Assembly: GCA_963695225.1 (NCBI GenBank)
Contig: OY968762.1
Coordinates: forward strand, 1,312,001-1,376,000
Length of the DNA stretch: 64,000 nt
Source: Vulcanimicrobiota bacterium
GTDB lineage: Bacteria > Vulcanimicrobiota > Vulcanimicrobiia > Vulcanimicrobiales > Vulcanimicrobiaceae
Reading direction: 5' to 3'
A program made the position numbers and the translations under genes. The notes under the pieces were generated by a model. That model was not told the DNA's origin. It ran no database searches and was given only the letters and a program-made list of their open reading frames with translations. Shown here one piece after another: positions 39,750-49,681 of this stretch. Each line of letters begins with the position of its first letter. The first letter of the stretch is position 1.

Positions 39750-40835
39750 CTAGGAAACCGAGGCGAGCGGGTATTCCGGGCGCAGATTCCAATACGTGTC
39801 GCGGATGACGGGGTTGAAGCCCGCGCCGCGGATCACGTCTTCGAGCTGCTTGCGCGTCGCCTCGTTCGAAGCGCCGGCATCGTGCACGACGCGCTCTTCC
39901 AGGATCGTGCCGCCCATGTCGTCGCAGCCGTAAAAGAGAGCGAGTTGCCCCATCTTCACGCCCGGCGTCAGCCACGACGCCTGCAGGTGCGGGAAGTTGT
40001 CGAGGTAGAGGCGCGAGAGCGCGAGGACGCGCAGGTATTCGAGTCCGGTCGCTTCCTTGCCGCGCAGATACGTGTTGTACGGGACGTAATACCACGGGAT
40101 GAAAGCGGTGAAGCCGCCCGTTTCGTCCTGCTGCGCGCGCATCACTTCGAGGTGCTCGATCCGCTCTTCGATCGTCTCGATCGAACCGAACATCATCGTC
40201 GCGGTCGTCGGCATGCCGAGCAACTGCGCTTCGCGCATGATCCCCATCCACTCGTCGGGCTTGATCTTTCGCGCGCTGATCCGCTTGCGGACGCGTTCGA
40301 CGAGGATCTCCGCACCCGCGCCCGGGAGCGACTTGAGGCCCGCCGCCTTCAGGCGCACGAGCACCTCGCGCGGCGTCATCCCCTCGACCTTCGCGAGGCC
40401 GTTGATCTCGGAGACCGAGAGCGAGTGGATATCGACGCCGGGAAACTCGACGCCGACGCGCCGGAAGAGCTCTTCGAACCAGCCGATCCGCAATTCGGGG
40501 TTGACGCCGCCCTGGATCATGATCTGCGTGGCGCCCTGATCCGCGGCGAACTTCACGCGCTCGAGCACCTGCTCGTGCGACATCGTGTAGCCCTCGGCGG
40601 ACTTCTCAGGCCGGAAGAAGGCGCAGAACGTGCAGTGCACGTTGCAGACGTTCGTGTAGTTGATCGTCGTGTCGATCACGTAGGTGACGTCGTTCGTCGG
40701 GTACAGCGACATCCGGCGATGATGCGCGGCCGCGCCGAGTTCGGAGAGCGGCGCTTCCTTGTACAGGCGCACGCCCTCCGCGAAGCCGAGCCGGCCGCCG
40801 GTCGCGGCTCGATCGATCAGGTCAGCGAGCGACAA
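39750..40835 (-). CDS. mqnC: Cyclic dehypoxanthinyl futalosine synthase
   Basis: INYTNVCNVHCTFC, QGGVNP, SLPGAGAEIL, TTATMMFG, AFIPW, DMGGT. Confidence 0.92.
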   Translation of the reverse strand: MSLADLIDRAATGGRLGFAEGVRLYKEAPLSELGAAAHHRRMSLYPTNDVTYVIDTTINYTNVCNVHCTFCAFFRPEKSAEGYTMSHEQVLERVKFAADQGATQIMIQGGVNPELRIGWFEELFRRVGVEFPGVDIHSLSVSEINGLAKVEGMTPREVLVRLKAAGLKSLPGAGAEILVERVRKRISARKIKPDEWMGIMREAQLLGMPTTATMMFGSIETIEERIEHLEVMRAQQDETGGFTAFIPWYYVPYNTYLRGKEATGLEYLRVLALSRLYLDNFPHLQASWLTPGVKMGQLALFYGCDDMGGTILEERVVHDAGASNEATRKQLEDVIRGAGFNPVIRDTYWNLRPEYPLASVS

Positions 40836-41658
40836 GATCCACCTCGGGCTCGACGGACGGCCGCGCGCCGATCGCGCCGATCGCCGCCAGCTCGTCGGCG
40901 AACCGGCCCAGGCCCAAGAGCGCGCGCTCGTCGAGTTCGAAGTTCAACGTCTCGTAATACGCTCGATAGAAACCGGCCGGGCGCGTGACGTGCGCCTGCG
41001 CGTCCGCGATGACGGGTTCGGGGTTCGCGTAACCCCAGGCGCGCGACGCGACGAGCGATTCCAAGGCGGCGCGCACGCCCTCGGGATTCGACCGGACGAC
41101 CTCGCGCCGCGCCGCCCAAACCGCGTAAACCATGTCGAGACCGGTCCACTCGTGCCAGAGCGAGCCGAGATCGTAGACGAGCCCCGGCGCGAACCGCAAC
41201 TGCGCGTCGATCGCGCGGTCGCCGATCATGAACGCGGGCTTCCCGCCGAGCGCGTATTCGAGCGGGTCGTCGACTTCGACGAACCGGGCCCGCACGCCGT
41301 AACGGCGTTCGAGCAGAATGCGCAAGAGATTCCGGCCGCTCGCCGATTCCCGCGTCACGCCGATCTCGGCCCCGTCGAGCGCGGAGGGAGGTTCCGGGCT
41401 CACGAGCACGACCGACCACACGTCGCCGCGCGAGCCGATGCAGAGCCGGCCGAGCAGCGCAAGCCGGTCCGCGTTCGCGAGGTACGCGAACGCGCTGATC
41501 GGGCTCAGGTCGAGGCGCCCGTCGAGCAGCATCGCGTTCAACTCCGCCGGCACGGCTTCGACGAGCGAACCGGGGAAGGCGACCGCGCCGCGGTCGAACG
41601 CGGCGTAGACCGGAATATCGTTCGTGTAGACGATGCGCCCCGCGCGCAGCGGGCTCAA
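40822..41658 (-). CDS. mqnA: Chorismate dehydratase
   Basis: GRIVYTND.P, P.ELN..L, G.VWSV, SASG..L, IGDRA, DLG..W...TGL.MVYAVW. Confidence 0.9.
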   Translation of the reverse strand: MSPLRAGRIVYTNDIPVYAAFDRGAVAFPGSLVEAVPAELNAMLLDGRLDLSPISAFAYLANADRLALLGRLCIGSRGDVWSVVLVSPEPPSALDGAEIGVTRESASGRNLLRILLERRYGVRARFVEVDDPLEYALGGKPAFMIGDRAIDAQLRFAPGLVYDLGSLWHEWTGLDMVYAVWAARREVVRSNPEGVRAALESLVASRAWGYANPEPVIADAQAHVTRPAGFYRAYYETLNFELDERALLGLGRFADELAAIGAIGARPSVEPEVDLVAR

Positions 41659-42860
41659 GCGGAGTGTGCCCCGCCCGCCGTTGCCAGCACGCGAACGTCG
41701 GGCTTCCAATCGTACGGAAACTCGTCGTAGGTCGAATTGCGCCGGACGGGCAGGTACCCCGCCTCCTCGATGAGGCGCCGGAACTCGCGGTCGTCGACGT
41801 ACTGCCCGGATTGCGTCCCCGCGCTGTGGTAGATCCGTTCCTCGTCCGTCGAACCGTGCGTGCCGTCCATGTCGTCGGCCCCGAAGTGCAGCGCGACTTG
41901 GCAGACCTTGAGCCCCTGGATCATCCAGTACGCCTTGACGTGATCGAAGTTGTGCAGCATCAGGCGCGCCGTCGCGAACATGCGGATGTCGTCGAGGCCG
42001 CTCGTCCAGCCGCAATCGCTCATCGCGTTGCCGTCGGGGTGGAACGCAAGGGGGATGAACGCGTTGTAACCGGGAGAGCGCTCCTGCGATTCGCGCAGCG
42101 CGATGAAGTGGTCGATCCGCTCCTCGTGCGTCTCGATCGTGCCGTAGAGCATCGTCGCGTTCGAGGCGATTCCGTGCCGGTGCGCGATCTCGTGAATCTC
42201 GAGCCACTCGGCCGCGCCGACCTTGTTCGCGCACGTCTCCTTGCGGAAGCGCTCGCTGAAGACTTCCGCGCCCCCGCCGTTGATGTTGTCAAGCCCCGCT
42301 GCGCGCAATTGGAGGATCAGGTCCTCGTAGGAGAGCCGGTGGCGGCGCGCCATGTAATCGATCTCGGCCGCCGTGAACAGCGAGAGCTGGACGTGCGGCG
42401 CGCGCTCCTTGAAGCGGCGCATCAAGGGGAGCCAGTAATCGAGCGAGAGCTGGCGCGGATCGTGCCCGCCGACGATGTGCATCTGGTTGAAGTTGTCGCC
42501 GGTCGCGAAGGCCTGCTCCAGCACCTCGTCCGCCGACATCCGGACCTTCCGCTCGTCCTTCTCGGTGACGTCGAACGAGCAGAACTTGCAGTTCGCGTAG
42601 CAGACGTTCGTCGAGTTGATGTAACGGTTGAGGACGTAGAAGACCTTGTTCCCGCTCTTGCGCTCCTTGGCGGCTTTGGCAAGGCGCCCCAGCGTATGGA
42701 GATCGTGCGTCCCCAACAACGCGAGGCCGTCCTCTTTCGAAAGCGGGATCCCTTCGTCGATCTTGTGCTCGATCGTCCGGAGCGCCGGATCGGCTGCGAA
42801 TGGCACGCGTGTAACTTCCTCTGCCGGAACGGCGGCTGGCGGCGGGCTCGTGGGCATCAT
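41655..42860 (-). CDS. mqnE: Aminofutalosine synthase (true start possibly a later GTG)
   Basis: NRYINSTNVCYANCKFC, HIVGG, GGGAEVF, SNATMLYG, AFIPLAFH, HVKAYW, GADDMDGT. Confidence 0.92.
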   Translation of the reverse strand: MMPTSPPPAAVPAEEVTRVPFAADPALRTIEHKIDEGIPLSKEDGLALLGTHDLHTLGRLAKAAKERKSGNKVFYVLNRYINSTNVCYANCKFCSFDVTEKDERKVRMSADEVLEQAFATGDNFNQMHIVGGHDPRQLSLDYWLPLMRRFKERAPHVQLSLFTAAEIDYMARRHRLSYEDLILQLRAAGLDNINGGGAEVFSERFRKETCANKVGAAEWLEIHEIAHRHGIASNATMLYGTIETHEERIDHFIALRESQERSPGYNAFIPLAFHPDGNAMSDCGWTSGLDDIRMFATARLMLHNFDHVKAYWMIQGLKVCQVALHFGADDMDGTHGSTDEERIYHSAGTQSGQYVDDREFRRLIEEAGYLPVRRNSTYDEFPYDWKPDVRVLATAGGAHSA

Positions 42861-42886
42861 TCTACCGCTGGTTTAGAGTACGGAAC

Positions 42887-42902
42887 GGTTACGAACGTCA
42901 CA
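42887..42902 (-). promoter_or_regulatory. CRP/FNR-like site upstream of mqnE
   Basis: Minus strand TGTGA-cgttcg-TAACC; -10 TAGAAT at 42864-42859. Confidence 0.4.
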
Positions 42903-42946
42903 AGGACCGTGGTAGTAATCTGCCTCCCTCGCGAGAAGCAGGGCGT

Positions 42947-44740
42947 GTGATCACCGATTGGCTCATCCTCCGCCGTCTCGCGGCCGAATTGGAACCGTCG
43001 CTGCGCGGCGCGCGCGTCACCGGGGGCGGCCTCCTGGACGACGGCCGTTTCGCGCTCGAGCTCGGTCGCGCCTCGGGCCGCCGCGGCGGGAACCTGCTCG
43101 CGGTCGACGCGTTCGGACCGCTCCCCCTGGTCACGCTCGAGGACGGGGCGCCGCCCGCGAGAGCGGGCGGCTGGGCCGGCGCGATCGTCCGCAGCCTCGA
43201 AGGGCGCCGGATCGAACGCGTCCGGGCCCGCCGCGGGGACCGGTTGATCGCAATCGACTGCGCCTCCAACTCGCGGTTCGGCGTCTCGGATCGCGTCCGG
43301 CTCGTCCTCGAGCTCGTCCCACGCTTCGGGAACCTCGTCCTGCTCAAGGACGATACGGTGATCGCCGCCGCCAAGGAGTTCACCCGCGCGGAGAACGCCC
43401 GGCGCGCCACGCTCGTCGGCGAGACCTACGAACCGCCTCCGCTCCCGGCGGGCGGCGGCGACGACGCCGGGGTGGAAGCCGCGGCGGCGCCCCTCGCCGC
43501 CAGTCCGGGAAACGCCGGGGACGCGGGAAGCCCGCCCCGCGGCGAGGCGCGGAAAGCATTCGCCCGTGCGCTGCGCGCCGCAGTACCGCTCCTTCCCGCC
43601 CTCGTGGCGGATTCGCTCGCAGCCGAGGCGTCCGAAATCCCGGCGCGCGACGCGCGGGCTCTCGCGGCGTTAGCCCTAGCGCGCGCGCGCTCGATCGTTG
43701 CGGCGACGGAGGGCGAGCCCGACGGGCTCGGCGACGTCTTCGTGTACCGTGAGAACGGCGCCGTCCGCCAGTGCCACGTCGTCCCGCTCCGGCAGTTCGC
43801 GGCGCTCGAATGCGAGCGCGCCCCCGCGCTCCTGCCGGTCCTCTTCGCGACGGACCGGCAGGAACGCGGCAAGCGCCGCTCCGGGAGCGACGAGCGGACT
43901 CGCGGCGTGTTGCGCGCGCGGATGCGCAAGCGGCTGGACGCGCTCGCTTGCGAGCGGACCGAGCTCGAGCGTGAACGGGCCGACGCAGAAGGCCGCGAGC
44001 GGCTGCGCCGCTCCGGCGAGGCGCTCTACGCCCATCACGCCGAGATTCCGCCCGGGGCGCGGACGTTCGCCCCGCCGGAGGAGCCGGAGTTCGCGATCTC
44101 GCTCGATCCTGCGCTCGATGCGAAGGGAAACGCCGCGGCGTATTTCAAGCGCTACCGGAAGGCGGCCGCGAAGCTCGCGCACATCGCGACGCGGCTCGCG
44201 GCGCTGGAGGGCGACATCGCCGCCGCCGATCAGTTGGCTTGGGAGATCGATGCGGCCGCCCCCGACGCGTTCGGCGAGTTGCGCGACGATCTGGATGCGC
44301 TCGAACGGCGCCGCGGAAAACGCCGCGAGCGAGCGCGCGCGCTCGGTCCGCGCGTCGTGCGGCTCTCCGACGACGCGCGCCTGTTGATCGGCCGCTCCCC
44401 GCGGACGAACGCCGAGGTGACGTTTCGCACGGCCCGCCACGACGATCTCTGGTTCCACGCGCGCAACGTCCCGGGAGCGCACGTGATCCTCACGATCGAC
44501 GGGGCCCGCCGCGCCACCGAGGACGAATTGCGCAGCGCGGCCGAAGCGGCCGCGTTCTACAGCAAGGGGCGCGAACGCCCGAAGGTCGACGTCGATTACA
44601 CCGAGCGCAAGCACGTCCGCAAGCAGCGCCAAGCGGCGCCGGGGCTCGTGTGGTACACGGAGGCCAAGACGCTGCTCGTCACCCCGTTCGATCACGCGAG
44701 TTCCGCGCCCGCGCCTAACCGCCCGCCGTCTACCTCTTAG
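42947..44740 (+). CDS. rqcH: NFACT family ribosome quality-control protein (RqcH/FbpA)
   Basis: DR..IDC, LVLEL..RFGNLVL, I.LDP...AKGNA..YFKRY, GRSPRTN, DLWFHAR..PGAHV, AAFYSK, VDYT.RKHVRK, PGLVWY. Confidence 0.88.
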   Translation: MITDWLILRRLAAELEPSLRGARVTGGGLLDDGRFALELGRASGRRGGNLLAVDAFGPLPLVTLEDGAPPARAGGWAGAIVRSLEGRRIERVRARRGDRLIAIDCASNSRFGVSDRVRLVLELVPRFGNLVLLKDDTVIAAAKEFTRAENARRATLVGETYEPPPLPAGGGDDAGVEAAAAPLAASPGNAGDAGSPPRGEARKAFARALRAAVPLLPALVADSLAAEASEIPARDARALAALALARARSIVAATEGEPDGLGDVFVYRENGAVRQCHVVPLRQFAALECERAPALLPVLFATDRQERGKRRSGSDERTRGVLRARMRKRLDALACERTELERERADAEGRERLRRSGEALYAHHAEIPPGARTFAPPEEPEFAISLDPALDAKGNAAAYFKRYRKAAAKLAHIATRLAALEGDIAAADQLAWEIDAAAPDAFGELRDDLDALERRRGKRRERARALGPRVVRLSDDARLLIGRSPRTNAEVTFRTARHDDLWFHARNVPGAHVILTIDGARRATEDELRSAAEAAAFYSKGRERPKVDVDYTERKHVRKQRQAAPGLVWYTEAKTLLVTPFDHASSAPAPNRPPSTS

Positions 44741-44773
44741 TACGAACGCGGCGCACGGCCGCGGCGACCGAAC

Positions 44774-45565
44774 TCATTGCGACCGCGCTCGAGGTCCCGC
44801 GAACGTCACGCCCGGCCGGGATAACGTGACGAACGCTGCGAGGGTCGTCTCGCGATCGATCCGGTAACGGGGCAATTCGAACGGGCGCGCGAGCGAGGCG
44901 ACGTCGCCATGGCGTTCGGTGAGCGCGGCCTTGAACCCGAACCTCCGGAGAAGTTCGATCGCCGCCGCGTCGTACTTGCCGGCGGCGTAGGCATACGTGC
45001 GCGGTGCGCCGAGATAGCGGGTGAGTGCCGCCGCGCAGTGGCCGATCTCGTACGTCTTTTGGGCGCGGGATAAGGTCGTCAGGTCGAGATGCCGGCTCCC
45101 GTGGCAGCCGATCTCCATGCCCGCATCGCGCATCGCGCGCAACTCGCGCCACGAGGCGTGGCGCGGCGTACCGATGAGATCGGCACTCACGTAGAAGGAC
45201 GCTCGGGCGCCGTACTTCGTCAACAAGGGCGTCACCACGGTGGCCGCATCCTCGTAACCGTCATCGAACGAAAGGACGACGGCGTCGCGCGGACGTTCGC
45301 CGCGCTCGAGCGCTCCGACCAGACCCGCAGCCGTCATCGTACGCACGTTGTGAGCCCGAAACCACGCGAGCGACGCTTCGAACTTTGCCGGATCGAGCGT
45401 GAGGCTTCGCCCCACCGCACTCGCCGGGACGATCGGGTCGACCCGGTGGAGCATCAAGATCGGAACGCCGCCCCATCGCTCTTCGGCGTGCCCTTGCACG
45501 GCGGCGAACGCAACGAACGCGACGAACGCAAAGACGGCCGGCGTCAGGCGAACGAGCGCCTTCAT
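44774..45565 (-). CDS. Exported polysaccharide deacetylase
   Basis: Signal peptide; PILMLHRV, LSFDDGYED, EIGCHG..H.DL. Confidence 0.88.
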   Translation of the reverse strand: MKALVRLTPAVFAFVAFVAFAAVQGHAEERWGGVPILMLHRVDPIVPASAVGRSLTLDPAKFEASLAWFRAHNVRTMTAAGLVGALERGERPRDAVVLSFDDGYEDAATVVTPLLTKYGARASFYVSADLIGTPRHASWRELRAMRDAGMEIGCHGSRHLDLTTLSRAQKTYEIGHCAAALTRYLGAPRTYAYAAGKYDAAAIELLRRFGFKAALTERHGDVASLARPFELPRYRIDRETTLAAFVTLSRPGVTFAGPRARSQ

Positions 45566-47595
45566 CGGCTACTGCCTGCGAGGGTGACGGCCGGATAGCG
45601 CATGCGGATGACCCCATTTGTCCGGAGCGGCGCTTGCCCCAAGCGAACGACGTAGAGCGAGGCGAGGTGGACCGGCGGGTTGAGATCGGGCGGCAGCGGG
45701 ACTACGAGCCGGCGCCACCCGGCCCAATCGACGCTCTTCGCAAGCGTGAGCGACTTGCGTTCTCCGAGCCGGTTCACGAATGCGGCCCGCAAACCCACGC
45801 CGCTTTCATCCCCGAAGGCTTCGAGCTCGAACGCAAGCGGTTCGCCGGGCAACACGAAGTCGCCCGTGGCGTACGCGGCACGCACCGCGCTCAGGTCGTA
45901 CGGCAGCTCCAGAACGTCCCCTTCACCGGCGTCCGCGGCCTCGAAGGAGAGCGCCCCCGCACCGCCTTTCGGCGCGGTCGCGAATTGCCACGTTCGGGAC
46001 GCGTCCGCCCGGAAGAACGGGAGAACCTGCACGTGGCGTCCGACGCGCACGTCCGCGCCGGCTTTGAGGCCGCCTGCGCTCGCGCCGACGACGCCGTCGG
46101 CGCTGCCCGCACGATAGACCGCCGCCGCGCCGCTGCCGGTCACCGCGCCGCCGGCGGCGGACCACTGCACCGCATCGAGCGCGACCGAGTTGCCGAGCGC
46201 ATCGTACGCGTGGACGCGCAGCGGAATCGACTCGCCCGGGTCCGGATTCGGACGCGACGGCTCGATCGAGAGCTTCGCGATCCGCTCGACCGTTTGGTAG
46301 CGGACGGTCGTCACAAGCGGTCCGTCGCGGAGCGTAACCGCATGCTCGCCGGGGAGCGGATCCGCGACGAGCGCGGGGAGTTGCACCTCACGCAGCAGGT
46401 GCCCCGCCGCATCGACGACGGCGCCGCGAAGGCCGATCGTCGCACCCCCCAGCGCGAGCGATTGCGCGGGCCGTGCGAACAGCTGCGGCTGCCCGCCGGC
46501 CGGCGCGTCGGAATAGACGAAGACGCCGTCGGCGACCGGCCGTTCGCGGCCGTCGCTGGGCACGTTCAACAAGCTCGCGCTTTCGTCGCCGAGGACGCGC
46601 GAGACCAGCGTCGCCGAACCGCCCGAGTCGAACGCCATCGCATCCACGGCGCCGAGGCCGAGCATCAGCGCGCCGAATTCCGGGCGCGTCAAACCGATCG
46701 ACTCTGCCGGTAGCCGGCCGTCGGCGGCCACGAGCAGCAGGGTCCCGTCCGCTGCGAGGCCGGCGCCGGAGACGGGGAAGCGGATGTCTCGCTCCTCGGG
46801 CGCCGGTGCATTGGGGTCGCTCACCGGCCGGGAGTTCACGACGAGGAGCGGCCCGCCGCCCGCGGCCTCGGCGATTCGGTCGAGCTCGGGTTCGAGCGTC
46901 ATGGTCATCTCGAGCGTCGCTCCCGCAGGCGGCGGGGTCGCGACCGCCGCTGCCGCGGGGCCGAACGCGAGCGACGCGGCGAATGGCGGTCCGCCCGGGC
47001 CGGCGAGGTCGGTCGCGCGATACTGCCCCGGCGCAGTCGGGACGATTCCGACCGTGCTTATCGACGGCTGCGGCACCGGTGCGCCGTAGGCCGGCGTCAT
47101 CAACGACGCGCCGCCTTGCGGGGGCCAGACGTTCACGCCGGTGAGGGGAACGTCGGCGCCGCCGTACCGCACGTCACCGTGGAACGCCGCGTTTGCGAAA
47201 TACACGCGCTTGTCCGTTCCGACGAACAGCGCGACCCGATTCGAGGGGCTGCGCACGAGTTGCCCGCCCTGCACGACGATGTTGAGCGGTTGATTCGTGT
47301 TTCCGATGTCGAAATAATCGGCGTTCACGCCCGCGACGGCGCCCGTTCGAACCGCCATCGAGGAGACGGTTTCACCGCTCGAAACGAGCCGGTCGTGCGC
47401 GAGGACGACGCCGAGCCGGACCGTCGGCTCGGTCGTGTCGACGGCGACGACGTGCACGCAGAGCGGCCCCGCGGAGGTCTGCAGGCGGATCTCCGCGCGC
47501 GAAACGCCCGGCGCGACGAACTCACGCGCGGCAGTCTGCGCGAGCACCGGCGGGAAGGGATCGGGCGGAGAAACGTTAGGCGGAAACGCGTACAT
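45562..47595 (-). CDS. Phosphodiester glycosidase (NAGPA-like) family protein with C-terminal Ig-like and carbohydrate-binding-like domains
   Basis: AGVNADYFD, GGGPLLV, ADGR, AMAFDSGGSATL, PSDGRERPVAD. Confidence 0.85.
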   Translation of the reverse strand: MYAFPPNVSPPDPFPPVLAQTAAREFVAPGVSRAEIRLQTSAGPLCVHVVAVDTTEPTVRLGVVLAHDRLVSSGETVSSMAVRTGAVAGVNADYFDIGNTNQPLNIVVQGGQLVRSPSNRVALFVGTDKRVYFANAAFHGDVRYGGADVPLTGVNVWPPQGGASLMTPAYGAPVPQPSISTVGIVPTAPGQYRATDLAGPGGPPFAASLAFGPAAAAVATPPPAGATLEMTMTLEPELDRIAEAAGGGPLLVVNSRPVSDPNAPAPEERDIRFPVSGAGLAADGTLLLVAADGRLPAESIGLTRPEFGALMLGLGAVDAMAFDSGGSATLVSRVLGDESASLLNVPSDGRERPVADGVFVYSDAPAGGQPQLFARPAQSLALGGATIGLRGAVVDAAGHLLREVQLPALVADPLPGEHAVTLRDGPLVTTVRYQTVERIAKLSIEPSRPNPDPGESIPLRVHAYDALGNSVALDAVQWSAAGGAVTGSGAAAVYRAGSADGVVGASAGGLKAGADVRVGRHVQVLPFFRADASRTWQFATAPKGGAGALSFEAADAGEGDVLELPYDLSAVRAAYATGDFVLPGEPLAFELEAFGDESGVGLRAAFVNRLGERKSLTLAKSVDWAGWRRLVVPLPPDLNPPVHLASLYVVRLGQAPLRTNGVIRMRYPAVTLAGSSR

Positions 47596-47598
47596 ACT

Positions 47599-49596
47599 CT
47601 AACGCGGTGAAGCCGGCGCAGGCGAGGGGGTCGCTTTCACGATCTCGTCCGGCGGGGCCGAGCTGTATACCAGCAGCGCGTCGGAGACGAAGCGCTCCGC
47701 GCTATCGTCCGACGGCGTGTTGCGAACGCGCGCGATGCGCTCACCCGCCGCGCGTGAAACGAGCGTCACCGAGCCGCCGGAATCGAGTGCCATCGCATCG
47801 CGGACGCCGTAGCTCCGGAGGAGCTCCGCGAACTCCGGACGCGTCATGCCCACGGCGCGCTCGGGGTGGCGCCCGTCCACTGCCGCAAGCAGCAGCAGGC
47901 CGTCCGCCGTCGAGCCCAGCGCAACGACCGGCCAGCGAACGTCCCGCTCGTCGGGTGCGGGTGCGTGCGGGTCTTCGTACCACGCGCCGTCCTTGAGCAG
48001 AATCGGGCCGCCGCCGATCCCGGCGACGGCCTCTTGGACGCTCGGAAGAAGCGTGTAATCGAGTTTGAAGCGGTCGCCGACCCGCGGGGCGAGCCCCGCC
48101 GCCAGCCGCCCGAAACCGATTCCGAACGAAACCTTCAGGCCGGCCGCGGCCGATTCGACAGCCGTCGCCCGAAACAGGTGCGCTGCAGGGTCGACCGGTT
48201 CGAGCCGCACGAACGTCGCCGCCGCGGCCGGCGGCAGTTCCACACCATAATCGGGGGTGATGACCGTGGCCTCCCCGGGCGGCCACGTGTTGATCTGCGT
48301 GACCGGATACGAACGGCCGCGCGTTTCGACGGAGCCGCTCAACCGGAACTCCGCAAACGTCACCTTGTTCGCGCGGTCGATCACGAGCGCGGCGCGGTCG
48401 GTCGGACCGCGCACGATCGCGCCGTCGCGCAGGAACAAGCCCTGCGGTTCGTACGAGCGTCCGATATCGAAGTAGTCGCCGTTAACGCCGGCGACCGCCC
48501 CGGTTCGCTGCGCCAGTTGCGACGTGCGTTCGCCCTTGGAGATCACGTGGTCGGAAGAGATCGCCGTGCCGAGTTTGATCGACGGCTCGCTCGGGTCGAC
48601 GGCAAGGAGCGAGATCACCCGCGGGCCGACCGGCGTACGCTCTCCATACTGAGCGAATGCGATGCCGGGCGCCGTCGTTTCGAGGTTTACGAACTGCAAG
48701 CCGGGCTGTGCGGCGACCATCGTGAAGAGCCGATCGAGCTCTTTCAGATGTCGCGTCCCGTCGCGCAGGCTCTGGGCTGGATCGCTGAAATCGTGAACTT
48801 CGCCGGCGAGCGAGAAGGGCACACCGTCGAGCGTGCCGTGCAGTCCCGTGCTGCCCAGCCGGTCGCCCCGAACCGCGAGCGGGCCGTTCACGTCCCGCAA
48901 GCGATGGGCGCCCGCCGCGCCCTCGACGCCGACGAGCGTGGCGTCGACTGCGAGCGTGCCGTCGTTCACGATCGTCACATCGCGCAGTTCGCCTGCGGAG
49001 AGCGCGATGGCGGACGACGGATAGAGCGCCGCGAGCGGCCCGACCGGAAGCGCCGCGGCGGACCAGACTTGGGACGCCGCGTTGCCGTGCCTTTTGGTCT
49101 TCGCCGCGAACGGATACGCGCGCTCCCCGGCGCCCAAATCGCCGCTCAGATCGTACGTGTTCGCGGCGGCGTCGAGTGCCAGAGTTCCGTTCAGATGCTT
49201 GAGGTGCAGCACGTCGCCGACCGGAACGGCCGCCGAAGCAACGTCGATGCTGCCGTCCACCACTCGCAGGCGTGCGTGCGAACCCGTGAGCCACGCGATC
49301 GCCGCGCCGGCCGGATTCGCCGCCGGCACGGGCGCGGCGAGCGCGACGGTCGCGCGCGGCGCGCGCATGACGATCTCCAGCGGTCCGCCGAGGCGCACGT
49401 CGATGCGCGGAACGTCCAACGCCGCGCCGCCGCCTTCGATGTGAAAGCGTTCGAGCGAGAAGAACCGCCCGCGCAGAAAGGCGGCGAGCCCTCCGCGAAC
49501 GTCGCCGATCGAAACGCTCGCAGCGGTCGCTCGCGCGACGAACGCCTGCACGAGCGTGCGTTCGACCGCGCTGCGGGACGCGAACAGGAGCAGCAT
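47599..49596 (-). CDS. Phosphodiester glycosidase (NAGPA-like) protein with beta-rich (AsmA-like) N-terminus; start uncertain
   Basis: AGVNGDYFD, GGGPILL, VDGR, AMALDSGGSVTL, PSDDSAERFVSD. Confidence 0.82.
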   Translation of the reverse strand: MLLLFASRSAVERTLVQAFVARATAASVSIGDVRGGLAAFLRGRFFSLERFHIEGGGAALDVPRIDVRLGGPLEIVMRAPRATVALAAPVPAANPAGAAIAWLTGSHARLRVVDGSIDVASAAVPVGDVLHLKHLNGTLALDAAANTYDLSGDLGAGERAYPFAAKTKRHGNAASQVWSAAALPVGPLAALYPSSAIALSAGELRDVTIVNDGTLAVDATLVGVEGAAGAHRLRDVNGPLAVRGDRLGSTGLHGTLDGVPFSLAGEVHDFSDPAQSLRDGTRHLKELDRLFTMVAAQPGLQFVNLETTAPGIAFAQYGERTPVGPRVISLLAVDPSEPSIKLGTAISSDHVISKGERTSQLAQRTGAVAGVNGDYFDIGRSYEPQGLFLRDGAIVRGPTDRAALVIDRANKVTFAEFRLSGSVETRGRSYPVTQINTWPPGEATVITPDYGVELPPAAAATFVRLEPVDPAAHLFRATAVESAAAGLKVSFGIGFGRLAAGLAPRVGDRFKLDYTLLPSVQEAVAGIGGGPILLKDGAWYEDPHAPAPDERDVRWPVVALGSTADGLLLLAAVDGRHPERAVGMTRPEFAELLRSYGVRDAMALDSGGSVTLVSRAAGERIARVRNTPSDDSAERFVSDALLVYSSAPPDEIVKATPSPAPASPR

Positions 49597-49681
49597 GCCG
49601 GCGCACGCGGCGACGACGATCGAAAGCCGGAAGCCGTCGACGCGGAAAACGGCCCTGCGCGCAGAATCCGGGTTACCCTCG

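Noticed and set aside
35018..42860. Radical SAM genes as RiPP maturases for the 80-aa peptide
   Set aside because: They are recognisable RimO, MqnC and MqnE (RlmN lies elsewhere in the window), lack SPASM/RRE features and are far from the peptide.
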